Origin: Octopus sinensis
Lineage: Eukaryota
DNA length: 64,000 bases
Assembly: GCF_006345805.1 (NCBI RefSeq)
Contig: NC_042999.1
Span: 145,018,001-145,082,000, forward strand
Reading direction: 5' to 3'
Positions 33,581 through 48,529 of the stretch are shown here, in pieces. A program made the position numbers and the translations under genes. Numbering within the stretch: position 1 is the stretch's first letter; every line of letters begins with the position of its first letter. The notes under the pieces were generated by a model. The model saw only the letters and a list, made by a program, of their open reading frames with translations. It had not been told where the DNA came from and ran no database searches.

Positions 33581-35852
33581 GATAGGAGGGTGTTGACAGA
33601 CCAACAACATCGCTATTGGCAAGAGTTCAAAGTCACTGTTAATAAAATCATTAATAAAATTTGACATTGCACTTTTAGTTAGTTCTCTTTTCAGTTAATC
33701 CTTTTATCTGTCTATCGTATTTGTTTCAGTCATTGAACTGATGCAGAGGCATCACCTCGAAGGGTTTTGAGTAAATCGACCCCTGTACTGAAGTTTTTAT
33801 TATTCATTCACAAAGCATTGATCAACCTGGGGCTGTAATAAAAGATGTTTGCCCAACATGCTTTGGGACTGAGCCCCAAATTATGTGGTTGCAAAGTGAG
33901 CTTAACCACACAGCCTTGTTTGTGCCTCGGTATATAAACCATATAAACATCCTTTAATGCTCTGTGTGCTTGTATACATCTGAGGGACATTTGGTTACTA
34001 TTTCTAGCAATCTCTGCAACAATGTAGACGGTCCCCCATTAGCATGCTTTTGTTGCTTGTGTGTATATCATCATTATCATTGTTTTAACGCCCATCATTC
34101 TATTCTTGCTTGGGTCAGTCAGAAATCTCCAAAGTAGATTTTCTATGGCCTGATTCTCTTCCTTGTTGGTGCTCATGTTGATGGTGGTAGTGGTGGTACT
34201 TCACTAGAAATGAGTGCATTTTATACCAAATAAACATTTCAGGTGTATAACAATAAACAAGAAATAGTTGACTCATAAAAGAAATGACTAGATTGATGAT
34301 GATTAAATAAATGAGGTGATAGTAATGATGGTGATGATGATGAAAACTCCTGACACTGCCGGGGAGCCTTTTTGACAATTAGTTAAGAATGTAGTGACAA
34401 GGTCAGACAGAAATCTGGCATAGAATGCTCTTGAATTCCATAAATCATCCCTACCCAACAATTGCTTCAGGAAGTAAGAGCTGTATCGTCATGGTGTGCC
34501 CGTTCCGTATCCATTCACAGGTTATTGGTTGGACTTGGGTTATAGTAGAAGATACTCACCCAAGGTGCTGTGCAGTGGGACTGAACCTGAAATCACATGG
34601 TTGCACAGTGAGGTTTTTAACTATATAACCATGCTTGTACCTAATTATGTTGCTATGATTTTGGTTTTGTGGTATCCAGTGCTAACAATTGTAATGTAAC
34701 TTGGTAATAAACATGAAGTAAACTCTGCTATTACCTTTTCTTCTCTATCTTTCTATTTTCTTAATGTAAAATTTGAAACTAAAATTTTTCATTTTTTTTT
34801 TAACCTATTTAGAAAACCTATTATCTACTAGTGAGGTCTAATTCATTTTTAATATCCAGGAAGCTAATTCATGCTAATTGGTAATTAAGGCTAAATGCTT
34901 TAAGTAGGCATTCAGTCACTAGGTCAGGGATTGACTGATAGTGTGATAGGGACAATTAACTCTTTAGTATTTAGATTACTCAGTCAAATATAATGCTTAT
35001 TTATTTACATTATTTTAATCATGCATTATCTCATAGCTTAGTCACTTCAATGATGTGATTATTTATTTTAGAATGTCACTGTAGGGTTATTGTGAAAGGC
35101 CAAATGGGATCAGTTTGAACATAAAACAGGTATAATATTTGGGCTAGACATGACCGGTTTAAATGCTAAAGGGTTAAGAAAAAAAGGTAAATGGGGGACA
35201 AATATATTTTCAGTTCATGGGTAAGAAACCTGACATTGTAAAGCCAAATGTGACATTTTCAGGTACTAGTTGTGGCCTAATAGCTATTTTCCTGCAAGTC
35301 TTAAATCTCTCTTTTTCATTTATTTTCATTCTAGTAAGGGCATTCTTGTTGCAGCATGGGCTAAATATATACAAAATAAAGGTATTTGATATTATGCATA
35401 TGAGATTATTAGTGGCACACCAGAAAATTCTTTGTAATTTATCTGTTTGCATTCTATGTTAAATTAATTCCCTTTTCCACTTAGCCTTTAATCCTTCTAA
35501 GGTTGATAAATAAGTATTAATTGATAAAATTCATACAGAGGTCAATGTAATCATCTACTCTATAGATCATGCTTCAATATGGCTCCAGTTCAATGACTGA
35601 AACCAATAAATGTACAAAAGAATTTAGTTTCTCTGTTCTTAGTTAAAATCTCTCTGGGGGTTGATTTTTGCCTCCCATCTCTCCAGGATTGATAAAAATT
35701 CATAAATAATAAACTTAGGTTGATTCAATCAACTTTGGTGACCACCTCTGTATATTTATGCTGTATCACTGGTATTGCATTATCCCAGGAATAGGTAGTT
35801 AACTTACAATGTAGAACTGAAATGATCAAGCCAGTAAGGTATTGATCTAGAT

Positions 35853-36193
35853 CAGGGGTTCTCAACCATTTTTTATCTATAGACCCCTTTAATTACTATT
35901 TTACTCAGGTGGACCCCCATAGCCATTTGATGTTTAAAAACTAGTTTCATAGAAACTTCTTCCAAAATTCTTATTTTGTTTTTCACACATTTACTTGTTT
36001 AGAGTGAATGATGTAAAATGTTAGAAAATGAAACCTAGGCATTTCTTGCAATACATATATCTAAAGCAAAATTTGTTTAGGGGTCCTTAAAATTCTATTG
36101 TGGATCTCCTATTTACTATTTTGTTACATGGACCCCACAAAAATTTTATATGGACCCTCAGGGGCCATATGCACTCTGGTTTGAGAACCACTG
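35853..36193. mobile_element. hAT (Charlie-like) MITE, 341 bp
   Basis: Ends CAGGGGTTCTCAA and TTGAGAACCACTG; perfect 8-bp target duplication ATCTAGAT at 35845-35852 and 36194-36201. Confidence 0.95.
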
Positions 36194-37009
36194 ATCTAGA
36201 TCATCATGAATTGTAAGTTCAGATCCACTGCATGCTATATTTCCTATATTATTTTAGTTCATTTAGCTGTTACAAATACGTACCAGGTCTTGGAGTGTAG
36301 CCAGTGATGGATTGGCATTCTATCAAAGGAAAGATGTATTTCTTAATTTACAGGACAACATAAAACAGGAACTTTGTACTGACTTCCAAGTGTCCCATGT
36401 AGTCTTTTAGATATTTCATTTTAACTCTCAATAGTATAATTCACATTTGCAGGGAGCACTAAATAATTGATGATTGCTTTGATTTATTGCAGTCTTGAGT
36501 TGAAAATAATATTTCCTTGGCTCAAAGACAGGCGGTTCCTTTAAAAGCTAAAGGCATCACCTTACAGTGACCTAAATATTTTTATTAGTAGTCACCTTGT
36601 TGGAGACTAGCTTTAGATTTACATGGGCCCCAATTTAGTAAATAAATTCTGCTCATACTCTAACTACATCTGAGGCTTGTAAGGCAAAACAATTTTTTAC
36701 CATGAGGATAGTCCTTACTTTATGTTGATTGACCCAAAAGATCTTCCTTTTGTTGTCTTGTAATCTTTTTATCCTTCTTGTTGTACAGCCTCTTGTTAGT
36801 CCTAACAGAGCAGGTGTATGATCGAAGATGTTCCCACCTTGACCACTCCATCTTGATGTATGTCCACAACTGCTTTACTCAATATGTCCTTTCTCTTTTG
36901 AGAGAGTAGTCTGTGTTCCGAGGAAGATTTGGCTACTGTCTATTTTTAGCAAGTTGACTGACCACAAAAAAGCCTTTTAAAAAATTTTTTTTTTGTATCT
37001 TAGTTGTGG

Positions 37010-37350
37010 CCGGTGTCAGTGTCGTGTAAATGGCACCCATGCCAGCAGCATGTAAAAAGCACTGTTCAAACGTTGGACCTCTCGGAGGCAGTGACAAGTG
37101 ACTGAGACTTTTGGCAATATACCATGCTTGAGAAGACTTGTCAAATCAAGTGAGATTGTGGTTGTGGCCAATGCTGGTGTTGAATGACTGGCACCCACTA
37201 TGAGTGGTTGGCATGGAAGGGTATCCAGCCATAGAAATCACACCAAATCAGGTTGGAACCTGGTGCAGCTCCTCAGCTTACCAGTTTACAGTCAAACTGT
37301 CCAACCCATGCTAGCATGTAAAATGGACGTTAAATGGCGATGATGATAAT
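37010..37350 (+). mobile_element. RTE LINE 3' UTR fragment
   Basis: ggcacccatgccag..aagggtatccagccatag..ccaacccatgctagcatg..ggacgttaaatggcgatgatg tail. Confidence 0.8.
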
Positions 37351-37605
37351 GTAAATGACTGACTAAATTTTACACGTAATCTTTGGTCATGATTATATCG
37401 TGGATGGTAAACACTCAACTGCACAGTATTTAAGTTGATGGAGAAGTGTTGGCTCTTAAGACTTAGCTACCCAATTCAAAGAAACTTTTAATAGCTGCTT
37501 AAGTCTCTCACAACTAACTGTTGCCAGTTGCTACTACCATGTAATTATCATGTCAATGGTTCTGTGGGGAGGCAACAGCTGTGCTTATACACACACTTGC
37601 ATATA

Positions 37606-37655
<50 letters not shown>

Positions 37656-39639
37656 TATACATACATATGTATATATATGTATGTATGTATACCTACATTC
37701 ATAAACATATATTTTCTTCAAATGTTATTTAATTAACCTAATATTTATTCTACTTTCCTTCCATTTTCATCCCCACCTCTTTCAGCCAGATAAAATATAT
37801 TTGAGGAGAAAGACATCTATTCTGTACTACACTTGCTTCAAGTTACTGACTTCAGGCAAGACATATGACTCTGTTTAATTAAAATGTAAAGCAGGTAAGA
37901 TGATACAGTCAACTGTGTAGGCCTGTAACTATTCAAGTGTATATTATCTTAAATCTCACTTTAGTCAGTATATGATTTATGTATTCTGGTTGATTCCATT
38001 GATTATGCATCCTTCTGATACTGAGAAACTTGGTAGGCTCTGTTCTGGTTTTAGGTTAACTATTCCCAGATAATTTGCATCCTAGTCTTGAATGCTAAAT
38101 GAACTTTGTCGAGGCCTAGAAATAATAACATACCTGCAGAAGATTTAAACTCATGGCCTATAACTAAGTAGTCCAATTTGTATCTGTCTTACTTGAATTA
38201 TTATATTCATTTCAAATACAATTGCTTTATATATCAGACCTTTAAGTAAAATACAACCAAAGCATAATCTTGTATGATTACTAAGTGTTCATATATCATT
38301 ACATTGGAAAATATAGTGAGGCTATGTTTTGCTGATGGGATCAGAATAAGAACAAAACATGTCTCCTGTACATGCACCCCCCCCCCCCACAAAAACAGTG
38401 ACTAATATGGTTTTTAATTCACAACATAATTATTTCTAGTTAACTTTTTAACCCACCTTGCATTGAATATGTTAGCACTAACTTATTCTTTTTATTTTTA
38501 GCCTAGCTATATGTATTATTATCACTGAATTTATTTCAAGCGACACACAATACTGTATTTATTTTGATTTACTTAAAAACAAGCTATTGACTACATGTAA
38601 AAATGAATAAGCACAATAAATATCTCCAAATGCCTGGGGAAATCCCGAGACCTGTTGCTTAGCTCTGGTTCATGACATTAAGCAGGTTTTCAGTAGTTTG
38701 CCCAGTAGGCTGTTACACTTCTTTGTATGCATGTATATTATATATACATGAGTATGTCTGTAAATGTATTTGTAAATTTAATTTCTATTCTTCATTTTAT
38801 CTTTTTTCTTTTTCTGTTTTATCCTATTTTATTCTGCAATATATTCTTGCCATTCTGTTCTATTGTTTCTGAAAAAAAGTGTTGTATATTTTTCTATAAA
38901 GGGATTTTCAAAAGAATTTTGAATCTTTATGAACATTTTTTTCCCAATCAGCCCATTATATAAGGTGAATTGCTGTCCAGCTGTCACAACTGATTTAGGA
39001 TCAGGAATGTAAAATTAGTAGCTGTAATTTGTGAAGTTGGAACTTCAAAGTAAAAACTATGAATTTAATTAATTGTAGAGAGTATGTGTTAAAAAATCTA
39101 GTTTGGAAAAGCATGAGTGTATCTAATACATATATGTATGGGAGTGTATGTGTCCCCCCCCCTTACTTATTTCAGTCATTAGACTGTGGCCTACTTGGGC
39201 ACCACCTTCAACAATTTTAGTTGAATGAATTGATCCCAGTATTTACATTTTTAATCCTGGTGCTTATTCTATCAGTTTCTTTCGCCAAACCATTAAGTTA
39301 TGGAGGACATAAACACACCGACAATTATTGTCAAATTGTGGTGATGAGAACAAACAAACACACACACACTCATACTCATACACACATCTTTTTTTTATTA
39401 TCCCCAAATATATGAATTTGAACACTGGCATAAAACTATGTCATGAAGGTAACACCCAGCATCACACACACTCACTGTGTAGATGCAGACAGCTGTTGTA
39501 TGTGTGTGTGTGTGTATATATATATATGAGGAAAATAGAACAAAGTAGAAAATGCTAAAATAATTTTATCATGAAGAACATTTTAGTACCAGTTTCAGTC
39601 TTTGTGACTTTTTCAACTTAGAGTAAAGCATGAAAAACA

Positions 39640-41030
39640 GTTAAATTATGGAAAAATTAAATGAAATGTTTTTTAAAAAATATTTCCATAGTTTTCAATT
39701 ACTCCAATGAACTTCCACATTGCATCAAAAAAAAAATTGTAATAGAAAGGCTAAAATTCATCTTGGAGAATAACTTCTTCGTCTTCAAAGACAACTTCTA
39801 TCAACAAAAATCAGGGACTGCAATGGGTACGAGAATGGCTCCCATCTTTTTTGCTAACCTAGTCACGGGATATCTAGAAATCAGTCTTTATTGTAAGGTA
39901 CTAGAAAAATATGGCAACACATTCTCCCTCTACATAGAAAATAACTGGAAGAGGTATCTGGATGACTGCTTCATTCTTTGGCATGACAGTACAGAGAAAC
40001 TTAAAGAATTTCAAATACTTAGAAATGGACTTTACATAAACATTCAATTTACCCTAACAACTTGCATTCCTTGACATTCTTAAGAAATCCAACAATAAAA
40101 TAGAAACAGATATATACTCTAAGCCTACAGACTCCAAGCAGTATCTACTGTTCAACTCATGCCACCCCAGACACACTAGAATGAATATCCCCTTCAACCT
40201 GGCAAAAAGGATTTGTACTATAGTTTCTAATACAAACACCAGGGACACACCACTTCATGAACTAAAGGATACACTCATCAGCAGGAATTACCCACCATCA
40301 CTAATTGATATAGGCTTTCAACGTGCCCTACAACTCAACATCCACAAACTCAGCCATCCCAAACTAAAGAAGGATTTATGGGTAAAAGCCCTACCATACA
40401 TCTCCACACACAACCCACTTAACAATGGAGCTTTTGACACCATCCTCCAGAAAATTTCCCTACTAAAAAGGGATCACAATGAATTTAATTCTCCAAATGC
40501 ACACCATCACAACGAGCAAAAGACAACCCAAGTCTATGAAAAATCTCCTAACACAAGCTCAAGTACACTTTGCAACAATACTGAAGCTGTCAGTAAAAGA
40601 ATGTGGAAGGGCTAACTGTGGTATATACATCAATCTAATTGAGGGATCAGAATTCCCTTTCAAACAGGGCCAATGTTTTACAGTAAAAAAGAACTTCATA
40701 TGTGCTTTGCAAAACCTAATATGCGTATTAACTTGCTCAGGGTGTCAAGAGCAGTACATAGGCCAAACCAGAAAATGTCTACGCCAAAGGATGACCCTAC
40801 ATAGATCCCAGATTAAAATTTGGGAATACAGAAAAAAAGCGTTCAGCGAACACATTGACATTTGCACCACTAACGAACAACCCAACTTTGGAATTTTTCC
40901 CCTCTATAAATTCAGGGATGACGCAACCTATAATAGGCGCATTAGCAAAGAGTCATAGTTTATCGCAAAATATAAACCTCTTTTGAATGCTTCCACCACA
41001 AATGACACTACTACAAAGGCCTTAGAATAA
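39640..41030 (+). mobile_element. Penelope-like element (Neptune-type) RT and GIY-YIG pseudogene, frameshifted
   Basis: ILENNFFVF..FYQQKSGTAMGTRMAP..ANL; WKRYLDDCFILW; FLDI..ETDIY.KPTDSKQYL.FNSCHP.HT..NIPFNLAKRI; NLICVLTCSGCQEQYIGQT..LRQRMTLHRSQI. Confidence 0.92.
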
Positions 41031-41355
41031 TATCCATGCAAATATTTAAAATATATTCAGAACAGTCATTACCCATAAATTTATTCAGAACAATTCCAAT
41101 CATTACTACTATAGCCACAACAGGTCACTTTTAAGTTACTTGACCATTTAAGAGGACTCCACCAATACTATTTAGCTTTCCATCAACTTTAACTAGAGGG
41201 CCAACACCAAAGGTACTAAATACCACCCACACCATCACTCCCTCCCCTGCTTGCGCCTTAAATTTATTTTCGCCAGTGTATACTATTTTTGAGATATTTC
41301 AGTTACCCACAAACATCCCTTGAGTTTTAGCTTATCAAGATACACACACAGACAT

Positions 41356-41725
41356 ATTGGGTTGTGTGGTAAGAAGTTTGCTTCCTAGCCACATGGTTCC
41401 ATGCTCAGTCTCTTTGGATGACATCTTTGGGAAGTATCTTGTACTGTACCCTCAGAGACTGAAAAAAGCCTGTTGTATGTGTACATACCATCATCATTAT
41501 CACTTAACATCTGTTTTTTTTTATGCTGGCATGTGTTGTGTGTCTTTGTATTTCTGTTTGTTCCCCAACATTGATGACCAGTGTTGGTTTGTTTATATTC
41601 CCGTAACTGAGTAGTTCAGCAAAAGAAACTCCTAAAATAAATACTGGGGTCGAATTGTTAAATTGAAAATCCCTCAGCATGGTACCTCAGCATGGTTGCA
41701 GGTCAATGACTGAAACAAGCAAAAG
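41356..41725 (+). mobile_element. tRNA-derived SINE with CR1-type 3' tail
   Basis: Head ttgtgtggtaagaagtttgcttcctagccacatggttcc, body gtagttcagcaaaagaaac, tail cagcatggttgcaggtcaatgactgaaacaagc. Related copies at 32625-32810, 33710-33920, 34420-34640, 39160-39330, 43380-43510, 46400-46740, 54822-54975, 55485-55875 and 60820-60910. Confidence 0.8.
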
Positions 41726-44700
41726 ATGGTTCACACGCACGCACACACACACACACATGCACGCACACACACACACACACACACATTAGGTATTATATTA
41801 CCAGTTTGGGATTTGAAAAGACTAACAAGCCTGCTAATAAATCTTGATGTGAATATATTGGTTGCTTTGCAAATTGGATACAAAATTTCGCAACACCTCC
41901 AAATCTCTCATTTCAAATTAAGTCGTATGAATCTTTCTTTTTGCTATTTTTAACTGTTCTAATTTATCTGTACAAGATATTTTATCAGCTAATTATTGCC
42001 AGCAGGATAGGCTATTCAACTATGTCCAACACAGTGAGGTGTCCTACCTCAATTTGATGTTTGTGCTAATAATTAACCTCTGCAATCAAATTATGAACAA
42101 GTTATAGACTCCAATTTGAGACAGGAAGGAATACCAGGCCCATTGATGGTATTCAAACCATTTATAATTAAATAGATAGATAATCCAGTTTATATTACAC
42201 ATACATTCTTTTAATATTTTAATGGTTTAGTCATTGGACTGCACTTGTATTAGAACATTGTTTTCAGAAGTTTTGATTTTATTAGCTTCTAGTACTTTAG
42301 TTTTTACTTTATTGATTCCTGAACGTAGAATGGTAAAATAAACCTGAGGGTAAATAGTACAAAATGTGACAGGTAATTTTACTTGGACTAATACTGCTAA
42401 CAGGAAGAGCATCTGACCTTGGAAAATCTACTTTAATGAATTCTGTCTGACCTGTGCAGTTATAGGAAAAAGGATGTTAAAACAATTATTATATATGAAT
42501 ATAGTGTTTATGCATATTTTGCATTGAGATTTGACATTTATTTTATTGTATAATTATTAACCAATAAATTCAGTGATAAAAATCTGATTGTATTTTTAAA
42601 ACCTTAATGGTCAATGACATTGTGTATATAGTGTGATTGAACACTCTTTCGTTAATTGTATTCTTTCAGTTTTCCAAGGTTGATATAAAAAAAATTAGTA
42701 GTCACGTACTAGGGTCAATTCTTTCTCTGAATTGATTATGGTGTGCTGTGACACCTTGTCTCAAATGAAGGGGCTACCAAACCTTTTTCATAGTATAACT
42801 GTTACTGCTGCTATTAGATCTGTCCAATTGTAGATCAAATTACTGTTGCCTGGTATGAACAAAAAAACAAAACAGAAGTATTTATATATATAATCTCCAG
42901 ATATAATGAGAAAAAAGAACATGGACTTGATCTTGATACTCCTTTATTTCATCTGTTACATATGTTTTAGTATTTGGTCGCATGATATCACACTATAAAT
43001 GCATCTCATAAGGGCAGCATGCATAAGCAATCATTGCTCTAGGTGGATAAATGAGTGATATTAGAAATATGAGTCACAAACATGCAGTAACCAAATTTGA
43101 ATACTTGAAGTATAAGGATTAGAAGTGGGAGGGGTTATAGTGGGATCATGAATCCCACAACCACTAATGTGGACTGATATTGGTAAGAATTGTGGTGAAT
43201 GCTTACTAGAGTTTGGGGACATAGGTCACACTTAGGTGATGTTATAAGGAAGGAGGGGGCGAGTAAGTTGATAACACATCAGGTGGCTGGCAAGGCATTT
43301 TGGAAGCAATAAACAAACACCACAAGAGTTTATGGCATCATCACTATTATATATATATGTCATGTAAGGCTTCTTACAGTTTCTGCCTACCAAATCCTCT
43401 CTCAAGGTTTTGGTCAGTCCAGGGTTATAATAGACATTTGCCCAAGACACCAGGCAGGGAGGCTAAGCCTGAAACCATGTAGTTGGAAGCAAAGTTCTTA
43501 ACAACATGGCTATTTCTTTGCCTGTTAACACACACACACACGAGTGAGAGAGAGAATTTGATGTATATGTGTGGGTGTATGTGTGTGTGTATATCTAAAT
43601 ATGTACATTCATATGCACACTCTCCTACAGATGTACATAGCATACATAATATATATATAAATATATCTGTGTGTATACATACACACATGCATACACACTC
43701 ACGTTGCCATTTGTGAGTAATATTATTAACCTGTTTTCTTCAGAAGGAAAAAAGGAAGGATTGATGGTGTAATAGTTGTAACTTGTTAGTCTGGACTGGT
43801 TAGTGTGCTGCTCAGGAGTGGTTTGAAGCATTAGTATTGAGTTCAGACCTATTGAAGGTTAATTTTACATTTTATCTTTGAAAATCCCATGGCGTGTGTA
43901 TGCACATGTAACAATATGTAAAGGTAAAACTCTGTGTGTGTTTTAAATTGTTTTAGATTTTATTCATCCACACAGTCCTCTCTCTCGTAATTTCAAGTAG
44001 TTGGTGACACATAATGACAATAACACCCTGAGTAACTACTTCAGGAGGATGAACCAGGTGAAGGTAGTTAGGGGTAGCTAGTGAACCAAGGACTGCATTG
44101 CTAGGTGAAAGAAATACGAAGTGAATATATTGGTCAAGAAATCTGTGGTTGTTTAGCCACGGGTCATCCATGATTGAGCAAACTATGGATCAAAGGCATT
44201 CCATCTGTGACCAGCCTATCTCTTTTTTTCTCACATAATTTATAATTGTTTTATATACACTCTGAATACATCCCATTCTTTTTTTAATAGACAATTAAAT
44301 GTGGTTTGAGAGAGATTAAGCTGCTATTTTGGCAGCTTGAGAAACCATGTCTCTTTTTGTTGAGAAGTTTGTTTCATATGGCTGTGTGAACATTGTGGAA
44401 GAACAAAAACAATGGTATGCTTATTCACTTCAGATAAAGTTGGTCTAGGATGGTTCTCTCCACCATTGAACCTTGGCTTATGATGCAGAGAAATGAACTG
44501 CTTCTACAGTGGCTCAACTATTTTGAAGTTCTTCTTGTACAAGTTTCTAAATGATCTCTTTGACTTACTTTACTCTTGGAGTGTGTTTTTACTGAAAGTG
44601 CATTAATTTTCTTGCAGTTTGAAGTTGGTTGAAGAATATTTCAAATACAGGCTATCTGAGATACTGCCTTTGACAAAAACTTGTTGCCTTTGTCAAAAAC

Positions 44701-47700
44701 CTATTAATTCATATTGCAAGATTCCTGATGTGAAATCGTGTGTTGAAACATATTCTTGTATTTCGAGATGGTCATTTTTTTTTTGCCAAATAAAACCCAT
44801 ATATTTTTTCTTCACTCATTTATTACTATTCTTATTTTATTATCCTAACTCTTGTCCATTGTCCAGAAATCTTTGGAATAATTGGAGCAGGAACACACAC
44901 AAAAATGAAAAGTGTCGCTGAAGAGGTCACAGATGTGTGAAGAAAGATTTCTAGTCAATGGACATAAGTTAAAATAATAAAATAAGAACTGTAATAAATG
45001 AGTGAAGGAAAACTATATAGTGCATGTGTTTATTTGGCAAAAAAAAAAGACTATTCCCAAATATACAACAATAAGATTTATCATAGTTATAAGAATCTTA
45101 TAGAAACTGTTGTCACATTAATCCAATCATATGCAATTCTCATGTTTCACATAACTTGTGAAAAACAAGACACTACACTAAAGTTAGGTAGATGACTCTA
45201 TTGCCTATAATTGTTGATTTATTTAAATATTGTGTCTTATATTTGTGATAAGAAAACTTTATTGAATAGAAGAATAAGACACAAGAAGTAGTAGCCTGGC
45301 ATATGTTCCTCTATCAATAGTTGACTTTCAGAACTCTATTTGCAAGTTATGAGTTAGACAACAGAAAAATGTACCGTACCCACATATAACTACTGAGCCC
45401 TGGCCTCATTGAAATTAACGGATCATTAACATCTCTATTGATGTCCTTTTTTGTAACTCTTGTATCCACTTCTATGTACACCTGACCTCTGTTACTGTAT
45501 ATCTTCTACACAATGCCACCTCCCTCAATACTGTACCTCCACTCTGAGAAGGGGTGTTGTCTGCTACTTGGTAACACTACTAGTGTTGATGCCATGCAAA
45601 GAGCACCTAGTACACTCTGTAAAGTGCTTGGCATTAGGAAGGGTATCTAGTCATAGAAACCTTGTTAAAACTGTGGTTTTAGGTATGATTTCACTGTGTG
45701 ACACCTTATGCAAGCCCCGTTGACTACAATTTTAGATTGACCAATATCTTGCAATAAGAATTTGATAAGTAGAAGCTAAAGAAGCCTGTTGTTTGTTTGT
45801 GTGTGTAAATCTTGCTAATGTAAATCAACAAAAAATATAAACTTTATTTAGAAAAATCTAGACCTAGTGCATTAGGAATGAAGTTCTTTGAGATACTAAT
45901 GAGTTACAGATATTCCCTTGTTTCTTCAGAAATTCAGGGAACCACTTTTTGACTCTTGGAAACCCTGTAACCAATGATGGTATTTAATATATATATATAT
46001 ATATATTTATTCACTGCTGGCCTTTTATGGTTATTTTGGAAGTGAATTTTTTGTTGTACTTGTCAAAGTTGTGTAATGAGTGAATCATTAAGTACAAGAT
46101 TGTTCATAGAAAAATAGGATTGGTTAGAAATTAAATGAGTCATAGGTGCTGTTTGCATGACACAAAAATTGGTAAGTTAAAGTACTTAATGCATGGAGTA
46201 TTAAAAGGTAAAATATTAAAAAGTTAAAATTCTAATAAATATGTAAATACAGAAGGTAACATGAGACATGTTCCATTCTTATCACATCTCATGAACAAAG
46301 TATAGTAACTATATATTTTAAAGGAGAGATAACTGAATTGCTAAGTTAACATACAAGTTTGTACTTTTATTGTTTTAGGGTAACAGAATTATTTAGTTGT
46401 AGGCATGGATATGTGGTTAAGAAGCTTGCTTTGCAACCATGTGGTTTTGAGTTCAGTCCCCTTTGAGCAAGTGTCTTTTACCATAGCCCTGGGTTGATCA
46501 ATGCTGTGTGAGTGAATTTGAGAGGCAAAAACTATGTGGAAGCTTGTCATACAAACATACATATCTCTGTGTGTGTTTGTTTCCTTTCCATTGCTTGAGG
46601 AATGGTGTTAGTTTGTTTACATCCCTGTAACATAGAGGTTTGGCAAAATAGACTGAGAGCATAAGTAACTGACTTGAAAAAAAATATAGGGGTCAATTAA
46701 TTTAACTAAACTTTCAAGGTGGTGTCCCAGCATAGCTGCCTTTCAGAAGAAAGATAACTGCAATGTCAGCAAATCATTATTCTATCACAGCCATTGTTTA
46801 CTTGGTCTCTCTTTCTGTTATGCTACCAGAAAATGGAAAGAGAAAGCAGTGTCTATGCTGAGAGAGGTGGATGGGAGAGAGAAAGTGTTATGGAGATCAA
46901 CTGAGAAGGAAGGGAGAAATAGCAGTCAGTCAGCTAGTGAATTGGGTAGTCAAGGGAGCAGACAATGAAAAAAGATGTAAAAAATGGAGCAAGGCTTGAA
47001 GTGAAAAGTTTAAGAATCAATGGAAGGATATAGAAATAAACCCTTGTCATATTTGAAGAATTATGCTTGTGTATGTGTGTGTGTGTGTATGCATGTGCAT
47101 CAGTGTATATGTATGTATGCAGTTTTGCCAGACATTGCACTAAAAATACAACATATAAATTGACAGTTGCAAAAATAACATTCCTGTTTCTGAGAGGGTC
47201 AAGGTTTTTCTTCTCTATTATATTAGAATTTTGAAGAATCTTAGTTCTTTTAAACTTCTCATGAAGAGATTGTAGTGAAGGTACTAAGGAGGAGCTGTTG
47301 AGATTCGTGAAGTGGATTTGGACTGGGTCACTTTTTAACCCTGCATTCCTATACAAACTAGTCATGGGCCACATCTAAAAGTTTGCATTGCTCTACCAAA
47401 TTTATTGGCTTTTGACAAAATAACTAAAAACCAAATATTCCAAAATAGACTAATAGGAAAGAAATATACAGAAAAAAGACAAACAAAACAAAAAGAAAAA
47501 TTTTGTTTTTGTACCAGCTGTGATCTAACCCATATGCTTTAAACAAAATATAAAACAAAATATAAAACTAAAACAATAATATACTAACATTAGGTCAAAA
47601 AATGCTATTACTACTATTATAATAAGTATTATTATTATTATTACAATAATGAATTTAATTATTGCATCAAAATGAGTAAAGAGTGTTGTTGATCAGATTC

Positions 47701-48529
47701 ACATTGTTTACTCTGAAGTGGGAATGAAAATATTTATGAAGAATCAGTGTTGCCAGGCATTGCTTTGAAAACGAAAACTATAACAAGCCTAAATTATGTA
47801 GGTTAAAGTACATTTGAGAGCTACAGATGGTTGCTGTTTAGCCTTGATCAAGTAGACCTATCAAATGCATTCCAGACATAGTCTATCTAGGACTGCTATC
47901 CAGAATCTTCTTTTTTAGGTGGCAAGTTGGAATTTGCTGGCGATTTGATTATCATTTCTAGTAGGCAGAGCAATCATGAAGAAGTTCCTTTTCTGGCTCA
48001 TTATGGTAGTGTTTGTGTTGTTACTGTATTACCCCAGGTCAGTTGTAATTGAGCAAATCTGTGATTAGACATTCCAGCTGTGACACCAGCCTTTTATCCA
48101 GATATAGTCTAAGGCCATGTCATTCAGTGTTCCTTTTCTTTTAAAGGTAGTAGTGTGCAATTTGGAGAAGATTTAGCTGCCATTTTTTAGCAGTTTGAGT
48201 GACCTAGCAGGGGCTCATTTATTAGTCAGAGGCAATTGAATTGGTAAGGTACTGGAGGAATATCATTTAGCTGTCAGTGATTTGTGTCCCATTGATGCCA
48301 CTGTGCCTCAGTCCCTGCACTGGTGATGATCTACATCATAAATTGGATAGGCAATTACAAATAGAAGAGGTCTCTACTTGTATGAAGTGGAATGAAGTTG
48401 ACTAACATTACAGTTTGGATCATTTATGAGAAACTATTGTTGAAAGTGTGCATATGTCTTGTGACTTTCTCTCTCTCTCTGCCATCCTCTCTGTCTCATC
48501 ACAGCCTCACCTTCCCATCTTTTAAGTTG

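Noticed and set aside
41030-41350. Expected hammerhead after the Neptune-type PLE
   Set aside because: No CUGANGA..GAAA arrangement found by eye; the 3' end may be truncated or decayed.
46934-47374. 146-aa minus-strand ORF starting right after an acceptor-like ttttag
   Set aside because: No recognisable domain, it runs into a (TG)n microsatellite, and I found no convincing donor; left uncalled.
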